A stretch of DNA of 32,000 bases. Origin: Telmatocola sphagniphila (GTDB lineage: Bacteria; Planctomycetota; Planctomycetia; Gemmatales; Gemmataceae). Where the stretch lies: positions 1,590,001 through 1,622,000 of the forward strand of contig NZ_CP074694.1 of assembly GCF_018398935.1 (NCBI RefSeq), given 5' to 3'. A program made the position numbers and the translations under genes. Below are positions 1 through 8,421 of this stretch, piece by piece. The notes beneath the pieces are model-generated. The model did no database searches and had not been told where the DNA came from. It was given only the letters and a program-made list of their open reading frames with translations. Position 1 is the stretch's first letter. Each line of letters opens with the position of its first letter.

Positions 1-70
1 TTCTCGCGGAACGAACCTTCCGCAGCTTACTTCAGGAATTGGCCGCCTAACTAATAACGGGATTACGGAA

Positions 71-415
71 ATGGATTTCGCATTTTATCATCACGAGCAG
101 AATCCCCAAGGCTGGCGTAAGGCCATCGTTCCGGTCAGACGAGCGCTGCGCCGAGTTCAGCGACCTTACTTCGTACGCTTGAAAGACCTCCTTGTAGGTC
201 TTTGGCAGTCGGATAAAATGCTGGCCGAAGATCTCCGTAAGCTGCGCATGCAGTTGGAAGAAATGGAAGAGGCACATCAGGCCCTGGTGAAAAGTCACCG
301 CGCTTTGGAGATGGACCGCGACGCATTGGCCTCTCGACTCGCACAGATAGAGGATGTAATTCTGGAGAATCCGATACCGAGGAAATCGGATAAACCCCGT
401 TTACTCGCTTCCTAG
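71..415 (+). CDS. hypothetical coiled-coil protein
   Basis: ATG-initiated 114-aa ORF. The C-terminal two thirds is charged and heptad-like (LAEDLRKLRMQLEEMEEAHQALVKSHRALEMDRDALASRLAQIEDV), which suggests a coiled coil. No family recognised. The frame stays open back to base 2. However, a different + frame (3..50, reading ...LAERTFRSLLQELAA then TAA at 48-50) looks like the 3' end of an upstream gene, so ATG71 is the preferred start. Confidence 0.5.
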   Translation: MDFAFYHHEQNPQGWRKAIVPVRRALRRVQRPYFVRLKDLLVGLWQSDKMLAEDLRKLRMQLEEMEEAHQALVKSHRALEMDRDALASRLAQIEDVILENPIPRKSDKPRLLAS

Positions 416-456
416 TCGTTGAAGAGTTTCAGCTATCTACCGCATCAAGAGGCCAG

Positions 457-492
457 GCGACTTTTGGTAAATATTAATTTATCGAAAGTCGC
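457..492 (+). terminator. weak stem-loop downstream of the 71..415 ORF
   Basis: GCGACTTT (457-464) pairs perfectly with AAAGTCGC (485-492). Four further pairs (two of them G-U) can extend the stem inward around an AT-rich loop. There is no clear T-tract. Confidence 0.3.
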
Positions 493-623
493 GCCCCATC
501 ATATCAAGGTCCTTCACTCAGGAAATCCGTTCTAAATCCCGAAGAAACAGGCGGACAGCTAAGTTCAATATTTCACAGTATTTACATCCTACCGCCATTT
601 CCGATAATAGCGAAATTACTTGA

Positions 624-653
624 TTGACAGTCAGTTGCGGGTTTTCATATCAT
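624..653 (+). promoter_or_regulatory. sigma70-like promoter candidate upstream of the PATR-repeat gene
   Basis: TTGACA at 624-629, then 17-18 nt, then ATATCA/TATCAT at 647-653. The -10 element overlaps ATG652, so if this promoter is real the true start would be ATG703. This is hexamer similarity only, and Planctomycetota promoters are poorly defined. Confidence 0.2.
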
Positions 654-3321
654 GGAGCAAATCAAGTCAACGCGATTAGCGTACTTCCGCTCGAGAGACC
701 TCATGCGATATGCGATTCTTACGATTTTCGTCGCTGGTGCTTTTCTAACTTGTGGTCTCGATCAGGCCATCGCGCAGACTTATACCTGGAATGGAGGCGG
801 AGCCGATTCCAACTGGTCGACAAGCGGAAACTGGTCCTCGCCCCCTCCGGTCGGTGGTTCCAGTTCCACTGCGATTGTGCTCAATGGCACCACTCGAACA
901 ACGACCAACCAGGATTTAGGGAATCCTTTTCTTCTGAATTCACTGGCACTGAATACCGATGGGTCAGCCACGAGCGGGTTTGTTATCACGGGAGGACAGT
1001 TGCAGTTCACCGGTGCTGGAGCGAATATCACTGTCAACACCAATGGACCTTCGCAACCGGGCAATCCGCTCGTGATCCGATCCGCGCTAGACATTAGTAG
1101 CAATGCTTTGAGCATTAGCCTTCCCAGTGCTTCCGGCGATATTAACAATCCGTACGAGGCATTACTCAGTGGGGCTTTGACCGGGACGGGGACAATCACA
1201 CAGAATGGATCGGCCATTGGATCCAATTTTGTCTTGGCGGGGCACAATTCGGCGTTCGCTGGAACTTATACAGTTACGGGAACGAGTACTCTGGTGATTG
1301 GTGCGAACGACGCTCTGAATCGCCAAAGCATTGTAAATTTGAATTCCTCCTTGGGTGGCTTAACCACACTGACTCTCACCAGCACCTTAGCCGGAACATC
1401 CAACACGGCGTACAGTCTTGCCATTGGAAGCTTAAGCGGCACCAGCGGCGGCTCCTCACTGGCGCTGGGCGATGCTACTAATTTTTCCACATTGCTCACG
1501 GGATTTAACAACGACTCCAACGATATCTATGCCGGAACGATCTCTATGTCGGGTTCCGGCTCGCACTTCGGTAAAGTGGGTACCGGAACTCAGACTCTAA
1601 GTGCTTCCAGTACGAATACTCAGGGCTCGATTTCTGTCCGAGATGGCAGTTTGATTCTTTCGGGTTCGGGCAATCTCGGTTCGACCTCCACTTCCCCTGT
1701 CAATTCCCTGTCCATCAGCATTTATTCCGGCGCGAGTTCCACCCCCGCCGAACTGCGAACGGTAACCGGCACGTCCACGAACAGTCGAATCCAGAATAAC
1801 GCCGCCATCAACATAGGCGGGGGATTATTTCATATTAACGCCAGCGGATTGGGAACCTCCGCGACCGGCTACGTGGAAATCGTCGGGGGATTGACCCTAC
1901 TCTCCGGTCAATCCACAATTCAAGTCGACGCCTCGACCAACAGTGGTGCCGGGCTGCAATTTTCCTCGTATTCCGCCGGTACCAACGAGGGAACGGTATT
2001 CTTCAAAGGGAACAGCCTTGGCAGTTCGCCCGTTTCTGTCGCAGGCACATCGAACATTACCTTCTCGACCTCACCGACTCTCGTTGGTGGAGGAGGATCC
2101 AGCGGACAAACCAATATCAGCATTCTGCCTAGTGGCTTTGGCTCCTCAACCGGTTCCGGTACTACGCCCGATAGCCTCGTAACCATCGGAGCCAACGGTG
2201 TGCGTCCTTTGACCTCTGCAGAATATCTGACTTCCTTCTCGAGCGGTTCCACGCTTACGGATAACGTCAGCCTCAGCGGATCGGTGCCGACCTTGAACGC
2301 CGCAACGACAATCAATGCTTTGCTTCTGCCCACCTCAGTAACGTTAAACGTAACCTCGGTACCGCTCACGATCACCAGCGGGGTCCTGCTCAACACCAGT
2401 TCCAGCAGTTCCATTAGTAGCTCGGGCACACTGCTCTTCGGTGCATCTGGAACTTCAACGGCTTACATCACAGTGACCAACACGTTGAATATTGGATTGC
2501 CGATAACGGCTTCGAATCTGTCGAAATCCGGGGCGGGTAATCTCATTCTCAACAACAGCGTTAGCCTGGGCAGCAATCCTTATGTGGCTGTCAATGCTGG
2601 TACGCTGACACTGGGTGGCTCTGCCAGTTTCAGTTCATCGGGAACTCTGACTTATCAGGTTTCGGCCCCTGCTACGTTGGATGCAACGGCTGTAGGACTA
2701 AATCTAACATCCAATCAAATCTTGCAAGGCAATGGATCCGTTCTCGGCACTGTCACTGTCGGTAACGGCGGGATTATTGCCCCCTCCGCACTGGGAGGCC
2801 CAAGCAGTTCCTTGGCGAGTCCCGGAACACTGAGCACTGGGACTTTGACACTGTTGGGGGGCGGGAGCTACGTTTGGTATGTCGGAAGTGAAACAGGTGG
2901 ACTCTATACTTCGAATAAAATCACGGGAACGACTCTCAACATCAACAGCACATCCGCCAATCCGTTTATCATCAAATTGACTACGTTAGCGGCTAGCAAC
3001 TCACTCGGGGCGATCTACGATTTTGACCCAACGGTAATAAATACCTGGACGCTCAGCTCGTTTACTACCGTAAATGGATTTGCAGTGAATAAATTTTCGA
3101 TCGACACTAGTAACTTTCAAAATTCTCTTGCCGGCGGTTCATTCTCTATCTCACTGGCCAATTCCAACCAGAATCTGGTGCTGACTTTTACGCCCGCTCC
3201 GGAACAGGGATTTTTGGTGATTTGTGGATTCGCCTTACTCGGCATAAGTCTGGCTGTTCGATCTAATCGACGCCAAAGTAGCCTTCAGGGAGCGGCACGA
3301 GCTTTTCGGCGACTGAAATAA
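652..3321 (+). CDS. secreted autotransporter-associated beta-strand (PATR) repeat protein with PEP-CTERM-like C-terminal sorting signal
   Basis: 889-aa ORF. A signal peptide (MRYAILTIFVAGAFLTCGLDQAIA) precedes the typical YTWNGGGADSNWSTSGNWS opening. PATR-like units are present (KVGTGTQTLSASSTNTQGSISVRDGSLILSG and LSKSGAGNLILNNSVSLGSNPYVAVNAGTLTLGG). The passenger is extremely S/T/G/N/L-rich and almost uncharged. The C-terminus reads TPAPEQG, then a hydrophobic helix (FLVICGFALLGISLAV), then RSNRRQ (nt 3193-3318). The start could be ATG652 or ATG703. Confidence 0.85.
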   Translation: MEQIKSTRLAYFRSRDLMRYAILTIFVAGAFLTCGLDQAIAQTYTWNGGGADSNWSTSGNWSSPPPVGGSSSTAIVLNGTTRTTTNQDLGNPFLLNSLALNTDGSATSGFVITGGQLQFTGAGANITVNTNGPSQPGNPLVIRSALDISSNALSISLPSASGDINNPYEALLSGALTGTGTITQNGSAIGSNFVLAGHNSAFAGTYTVTGTSTLVIGANDALNRQSIVNLNSSLGGLTTLTLTSTLAGTSNTAYSLAIGSLSGTSGGSSLALGDATNFSTLLTGFNNDSNDIYAGTISMSGSGSHFGKVGTGTQTLSASSTNTQGSISVRDGSLILSGSGNLGSTSTSPVNSLSISIYSGASSTPAELRTVTGTSTNSRIQNNAAINIGGGLFHINASGLGTSATGYVEIVGGLTLLSGQSTIQVDASTNSGAGLQFSSYSAGTNEGTVFFKGNSLGSSPVSVAGTSNITFSTSPTLVGGGGSSGQTNISILPSGFGSSTGSGTTPDSLVTIGANGVRPLTSAEYLTSFSSGSTLTDNVSLSGSVPTLNAATTINALLLPTSVTLNVTSVPLTITSGVLLNTSSSSSISSSGTLLFGASGTSTAYITVTNTLNIGLPITASNLSKSGAGNLILNNSVSLGSNPYVAVNAGTLTLGGSASFSSSGTLTYQVSAPATLDATAVGLNLTSNQILQGNGSVLGTVTVGNGGIIAPSALGGPSSSLASPGTLSTGTLTLLGGGSYVWYVGSETGGLYTSNKITGTTLNINSTSANPFIIKLTTLAASNSLGAIYDFDPTVINTWTLSSFTTVNGFAVNKFSIDTSNFQNSLAGGSFSISLANSNQNLVLTFTPAPEQGFLVICGFALLGISLAVRSNRRQSSLQGAARAFRRLK

Positions 3322-3322
3322 A

Positions 3323-4336
3323 CTACTGGGCTGGAAGATAGGCGATCCTCCCTTTTGGTCCAGCCAACCACCCTTCCCCGGATTTGGCGAAACTCACGCT
3401 GTTATAGTTTTCCAGATCCAAAGATTTCCAGGTCCTTCCCTGATCGACGGAAACATCCGCACCCGATGTTCCAGCGACTATAATCCGGTTGGAGCCATAA
3501 CCCACAGCCGAGCGAAAAGTGACAGCGTCTTTGACTAGTTTCCAAGTCTTACCGCCGTCGTCCGTCAACGCCACTGTGGAACCGGTTCCATTGGGCTTGC
3601 GATAATCTCCCCCAACAACAATACCATTTTTGGAATTCCGGAACGCAAGGGAGAAAATCCCGGCTGATTCTACTGCGGCCGTGATCGGTGTCTCCGATAC
3701 GGTCCAGGTTTTCCCTCGATCGCTGGAATGGAACACTCTTGCGAATTTTGCACTCCCGGTGCCGAACCAGGCTTCGTTTTTCCCTTGAGTAATCAGACAG
3801 GTTCCACTCGCGGCAAAAGCTCCTTCTCCAGAAAGTGCTTCCGGTAAATTTTTACTGTCTATTGGCTGCCAATGCCTTCCGCCATCCGAAGTTACGAGCA
3901 ATTGAAATTTCCCTCCAACGGGATCTCCAAGTGCAATGCCATTCTCGTCATCCCAGAATCCTAGCGCATCCAGAAAATCTTCTTTACGCGATGCTTTCCA
4001 TTGCAATTTCCAGGTCACTCCACCATCGGTCGTTTTGTAGATCCTAGATAAATCCCCGATGCCTGCACTCATCAGGTAGGCCGTCTGGGCGTCGAAGGCT
4101 TTTACATCCCGGAAATCAAGTATCTCCGAATCTGGAACCGATATCAGATTCCAGGTCTTCCCGGCATCAATCGTTTTTCCGACCGTTCCTTTCGTCCCGC
4201 TGACCCAAGCGGTATTACGATCGACGGCACACAACCCTCGGAAGTCGGCAGAAGTTGCAATCTTTTGCGGTTGAATTTGCCCAGAAGCAATGGGCAAATT
4301 GAGTAACACTAAAGACAGTGCCAGATGAAATCTCAT
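3323..4336 (-). CDS. secreted BNR/Asp-box repeat beta-propeller protein (Ycf48-like / sialidase-fold family)
   Basis: 337-aa ORF with an ATG start and GAGG Shine-Dalgarno, and signal peptide MRFHLALSLVLLNLPIASGQ. It carries six S/T-x-D-x-G-x-T/H-W Asp-box repeats: IDAGKTW, TDGGVTW, SDGGRHW, SDRGKTW, DDGGKTW and VDQGRTW. Confidence 0.9.
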   Translation of the reverse strand: MRFHLALSLVLLNLPIASGQIQPQKIATSADFRGLCAVDRNTAWVSGTKGTVGKTIDAGKTWNLISVPDSEILDFRDVKAFDAQTAYLMSAGIGDLSRIYKTTDGGVTWKLQWKASRKEDFLDALGFWDDENGIALGDPVGGKFQLLVTSDGGRHWQPIDSKNLPEALSGEGAFAASGTCLITQGKNEAWFGTGSAKFARVFHSSDRGKTWTVSETPITAAVESAGIFSLAFRNSKNGIVVGGDYRKPNGTGSTVALTDDGGKTWKLVKDAVTFRSAVGYGSNRIIVAGTSGADVSVDQGRTWKSLDLENYNSVSFAKSGEGWLAGPKGRIAYLPAQ

Positions 4337-4497
4337 AGGAAACCTCGTTCGGAGTGAGGATGTTTTCGCGTACTTCCAAGATGTTACGGGAGTATCCTTC
4401 GAAATAAACCGTCTGCTGTCCAGCGGAGAATTAGAATTTATAAAGAAGAGAATAGAGTTTTTGCATCAAAACCAATGAGTTGCAAAGGGCTTAAGTT

Positions 4498-4854
4498 ATG
4501 GTAGAACCTCTTCCCAACTTACCAGAATCGGATTCAGATACCGTGGAAGTGAACTATCCAAATGTTCCGCCGCTGAAAGTCCCCAAACTCATTCTGGCTG
4601 CTGGCTTAATCTCCTCGTTTTGGGGGCTCGTCTGCCTGATTTTCCTGAGGGGAGATAACGGTCTCAGTTGGCTATTTGCATCCATCGCTGTACTGGGCCT
4701 TATCCTCTGTGGGCTCTATTTTTATTGGAACGCAAGAGATGCTCGAGAACCGGATAAGCTAACCCACTCACCAGGAGCCTGGTATCCTTATGTCCTGGTC
4801 GCTAGTCTTTTAATTCCTTTTCTTTCCTACATCTACTTCTTCAAGCTAAGGTGA
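4498..4854 (+). CDS. hypothetical small integral membrane protein
   Basis: 118-aa ATG ORF with three clear hydrophobic helices (ILAAGLISSFWGLVCLIFL, WLFASIAVLGLILCGLYFYW, YVLVASLLIPFLSYIYFF). No family recognised. Confidence 0.55.
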   Translation: MVEPLPNLPESDSDTVEVNYPNVPPLKVPKLILAAGLISSFWGLVCLIFLRGDNGLSWLFASIAVLGLILCGLYFYWNARDAREPDKLTHSPGAWYPYVLVASLLIPFLSYIYFFKLR

Positions 4855-4945
4855 GAAGTTTCCCAGTTCGAAGTTCCTGACTTCAAAACGATTGAAAAGC
4901 TCACTCATTTGAAGGACGAAGATTATCGAAATCTCCTGTCCCGGA

Positions 4946-6286
4946 TCATTTGTCCCCTGGTTCCGCAGTGGTTCTGAAGACTCCTTTTTTTCTCTGGGCG
5001 GTCCTGCTGAAATCCATGACTTTTCCATGCTCGTTGATGGCGAGATGAAAGCGTTCTTCGCCCTGGAGTCGATGTAAAGTCATGTGATACTCATCGCTGG
5101 TTGCCGCGATGTGGGGGATTTCCACTTTTTCACCCGCGGATCGCAAGCGTCCCCACGAGCCGTCTCCAAGATATACAACGCCATTGGCGTTTGATGATCC
5201 ATCGATGAGAGGGCGACTACGTTTGAAGCAATGATCGTGATGTTCCAGAACAATCGGCACTCGGTGCTTTTCGAATAGGGGAACCCAGTGCTTTCGATTG
5301 GGTGCTCCGCTACCATCCAGTTGATTATCGAATTTGGGTGCCGTCGGCAGATATGCCGGATAAGCGGGCACGTGATTGACCACCATTACGTTGGGATGAT
5401 CGACCCGAGCTTTTAGAGTTTTATCGAGCCAGTCGGCCTGTTCTCCCTCCACGCGTGTCGTATGCCCGGTATCCAAAAGTACCAGACTCAAGTAGTCTCC
5501 GAATTCCAGTGTGGTGTACCCTTTTTCCGGGTACAAACCATCGAACAAGGAGTAGAAAAAGGGCGCCTTCTCTCGCGGTTGATGGTACCCGCCGTCCACT
5601 TCATGATTTCCAATGCAGGTGACGAGAGGGATCAATCGTCCATTTTTACCGATCATATGCTTGCTGTAGTTGCGAATGAACGCCAGGCTGATCTCGACCG
5701 AAGTTCCGTTGTCGTAACCCAGATCACCTCCGATCAGGGTGAACATGGGATCCTGTTGTGCGGCCGCTATGTTGTTGGCGATGGCGTGAGGATTGACACT
5801 AACGTCCCCACCGGAGATGAAGTGAATAGTGTCGGTCGCCTTTGCCGGCATTGTTTTGAAGCGATAAGTCGGGGAGACTTTTCCGATCCGGAATTGGTAT
5901 TCCGTGTTCGGTTCGAGTTGAGTCAGCTCACATCGAAAAATTTTCAGATCCGTGAACGGGTACGGTTTGGTGTTCGACGGCTGCGATTTCCATGGGCTTG
6001 GCTTCTGGGGCACTTCGCTCTTTTCATTCTTAGGCGATTTATTTTCTTTGAATGGCGTATAGTAAATCGTCGTATCCGAAGTTTCCCCTCGGGAGCCAAT
6101 CCATTGAATCGTCATGGTTCTCGTAGGGTCGCGTTGCCAAGTTAGAAACAGCGTGTTCGGCTGAAATAACGGCCCCTCAATATGCTTCGGAATCACCGGT
6201 TCGGCTTTTTCCTGGCCCAGTAGACACGATGTGGCAATGGTCGAGAATGAAGTACCCAAAAATGCCCGGCGATCAAAACTATTCAC
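4946..6286 (-). CDS. Tat-exported metallophosphoesterase, purple-acid-phosphatase-like
   Basis: 446-aa ORF with a GTG start preceded by GGAG. Twin-arginine signal (NSFDRRAFLGTSFSTIATSCLLG). The N-terminal beta-sandwich region is PAP-N-like (LTWQRDPTRTMTIQW...YQFRIG). The metallophosphoesterase motif series is present: GGDVS, GGDLGYDNG (GDxxY), GNHE, VNHVP and EHHDH. Confidence 0.9.
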   Translation of the reverse strand: MNSFDRRAFLGTSFSTIATSCLLGQEKAEPVIPKHIEGPLFQPNTLFLTWQRDPTRTMTIQWIGSRGETSDTTIYYTPFKENKSPKNEKSEVPQKPSPWKSQPSNTKPYPFTDLKIFRCELTQLEPNTEYQFRIGKVSPTYRFKTMPAKATDTIHFISGGDVSVNPHAIANNIAAAQQDPMFTLIGGDLGYDNGTSVEISLAFIRNYSKHMIGKNGRLIPLVTCIGNHEVDGGYHQPREKAPFFYSLFDGLYPEKGYTTLEFGDYLSLVLLDTGHTTRVEGEQADWLDKTLKARVDHPNVMVVNHVPAYPAYLPTAPKFDNQLDGSGAPNRKHWVPLFEKHRVPIVLEHHDHCFKRSRPLIDGSSNANGVVYLGDGSWGRLRSAGEKVEIPHIAATSDEYHMTLHRLQGEERFHLAINEHGKVMDFSRTAQRKKGVFRTTAEPGDK

Positions 6287-6407
6287 TCGATTCTCCCCAG
6301 ATCCCGCGAGAACTCACCCCCGAAATATCTTCCGAATCGAGTTGGGAATGACTATGCGTTCGAACATTATTCATCATTTCTACAAATTTGAGATATTGCG
6401 GGATCAA

Positions 6408-7997
6408 TCACCAGTTATCGGTTCGGAACGGTACTGCCGGTAACCCCTCTTTATTGTAAAGATTCGCGCCTACCGGGTTCATGGAGAAAGCATACCGCAC
6501 CGCGACGGGTTCCGGCACATCCTTGCACTCGCAGACGATTGTCTGTCCGACAATTTTTGCTTGGGCCCAAAACCATTTTTTATCTTTACCGGCGATTGCA
6601 AATCGTTTCAAGGGACTTCCAGAATCGGATTCAGTGGGGCGAGTGCCGCTTTTCTTTCCGATCATTAAGCCCGTTCCCAGATGATCGAATTCCAGGATCA
6701 CATGGTTGCCTTCAATTTTAAGCGATTTATAGATAGGACCCGAGACTTCAATTTTTTGACCATATTCGGAGGCCAGCGCCCATCGTGCGAGTCTTTCTCC
6801 CACATCGAACTTGTTGTGCGGATGAATATCGGCCGCGTCACCAATATCGGTGGTAACAGACATCCCGGTATGCGGTATTTTCAGACAGTTAAGTTGTGCT
6901 TCTCGAATGTAAGCCCAGCCATCCCCACCCGCAGGATTATCATTTGGTTGCTGCCAGTTAGCCAGTTGCACGAAGTAGAAAGGGAGATTGGGATCTCGGA
7001 AATAGTTTCGCCAGTCGGCCACCATCGCTTTTTTCTTTTCGATGTACTGCAAGCCATCACTGTAGCTTCCCGCATTGCTTTCCCCTTGATACCAGAGAGC
7101 CCCTCGGAGGGCAAACGGAATTAACGGAGCGATCATGCCGTTGTGTAAGGTAACGCAGCGAGGGCGAAAAGCTTTCTCCCCGAAGGGAAACTCCGGCATG
7201 CTGGGAGGTAAAGGAAGCGCTTGACCCTTTTTCATCTGCTCTCGACAATTTTTGGTCCAAGTTTCTATTTCGGGAACGGCGGCCAGCAATTCCTTCTGGT
7301 AAAGTGCCAGTGAGTCCGACATGATTTTCGAATAAGGAGCCAAAGCAGGAGTATTCATCAGCGTCTCCTGAGACATCCAGAGTTCGATATTCGTGCCACC
7401 CACGCAGGACCGCAGTAAACCGATAGGAACCCCAGTTTCCCGGAAGATTTTCCTAGCGAAATAGAAACCTACCGCGGTAAATCCTGGTGCGGTACCTGGT
7501 GAGCAGATTTGCCAATTACCGCGTACTTCTTTCTGCGGTGTATTAGCGAAGTTGTAATCCACACCGAACTGTCGGATGAGCGGAAGATTTGCGGATCGGA
7601 TATCATCCGGGGCATCGCATCCCGCCAACGCCCACTCCATATTGGACTGGCCGCCGCACAGCCAGATGTCCCCTAGAAGAATGTCTTTAACCACCAGATG
7701 GTTTTTCGCATGAACTTCGAGAGTCAGTGGAACTTTGGAGACCGGTTGAGCTGTTAATGTGACTTGCCAGCGGCCATCCTCGCCGGCAACAGTCTCGGCT
7801 TCAGATTTCCCCAGAGTCACTTTCACTTTCTCTCCAGGCATTCCCCACCCCCAGACGGGGAGTGGTTTATCTCGCTGTAAGATGGCATGTTCACCAAATA
7901 GAGGAGACAATCGAGCATCGGCCTGCAAATTTCCTACCCAGGATAGGAGCAAAAGGCCTGTTACTATAGTTCTGAAAAATGACCGGGAGTATGGCAT
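6408..7997 (-). CDS. secreted sialate O-acetylesterase-like esterase (SASA/DUF303 family)
   Basis: Hallmark motifs CGGQSNMEW and LWYQGESNAG are present, with signal peptide MPYSRSFFRTIVTGLLLLSWVGNLQADA. The ORF track extends to 8036, but that start is TTG. The first ATG is at 7997 and leaves a canonical signal peptide at the N-terminus, so 7997 is preferred (529 aa). Confidence 0.85.
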   Translation of the reverse strand: MPYSRSFFRTIVTGLLLLSWVGNLQADARLSPLFGEHAILQRDKPLPVWGWGMPGEKVKVTLGKSEAETVAGEDGRWQVTLTAQPVSKVPLTLEVHAKNHLVVKDILLGDIWLCGGQSNMEWALAGCDAPDDIRSANLPLIRQFGVDYNFANTPQKEVRGNWQICSPGTAPGFTAVGFYFARKIFRETGVPIGLLRSCVGGTNIELWMSQETLMNTPALAPYSKIMSDSLALYQKELLAAVPEIETWTKNCREQMKKGQALPLPPSMPEFPFGEKAFRPRCVTLHNGMIAPLIPFALRGALWYQGESNAGSYSDGLQYIEKKKAMVADWRNYFRDPNLPFYFVQLANWQQPNDNPAGGDGWAYIREAQLNCLKIPHTGMSVTTDIGDAADIHPHNKFDVGERLARWALASEYGQKIEVSGPIYKSLKIEGNHVILEFDHLGTGLMIGKKSGTRPTESDSGSPLKRFAIAGKDKKWFWAQAKIVGQTIVCECKDVPEPVAVRYAFSMNPVGANLYNKEGLPAVPFRTDNW

Positions 7998-8421
7998 ATT
8001 TGAACTCTCAAATCCTTTGGAAGAAGCTTGGAACAACGTAGGAATTGGAACAGTTTATCCTGCTAACTGCAATTTTGTTTTTCGGAAAAACGAGAACGGG
8101 TTCTGCTGAGAAACGGCAACTGTCATAAATGTAAATATTATTTTACTTAAAGAAATTTGCTAAGTGGTTTGCTTGATTGATCGTTAGACCCTTATGGCTG
8201 CATTCTTGCTCAAGTTGCCTAGTTTTGCTCGGTTGAAGTGAGAAAGTCATTCGAAATTTTAGTTATCCTTATCTAAGTGAAGATTTTGGATTCTTTCCGG
8301 ATTTTCTATGTTTTTTAGCTGGTCGCAAAAGACGATATATCTCACGTAAGCTACGTCTTCTTCTCAAATTATGAGAATTGAGTAATCCTTGATTCTCGGC
8401 ACTCGATAGAAGAGCTGAGTA

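Noticed and set aside
2-70. Possibility that the 71..415 ORF extends upstream beyond the window edge, since the frame is open to base 2
   Set aside because: The alternative frame 3..50 reads like a genuine protein C-terminus ending in TAA, and the 20 nt before ATG71 are AT-rich like a spacer. This cannot be settled without upstream sequence.
5462-6145. 227-aa ORF antisense to the phosphoesterase gene. The same applies to the antisense ORFs at 23104-23874, 26716-27372, 30613-31266, 780-1247 and 1920-2429.
   Set aside because: Each lies wholly inside, and opposite to, a gene with clear family motifs. None has a motif, signal or ribosome-binding site of its own.
7998-8036. N-terminal extension of the esterase ORF to 8036
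   Set aside because: The codon at 8036 is TTG. The first ATG (7997) leaves a canonical signal peptide at the very N-terminus, so the extension is probably not translated.
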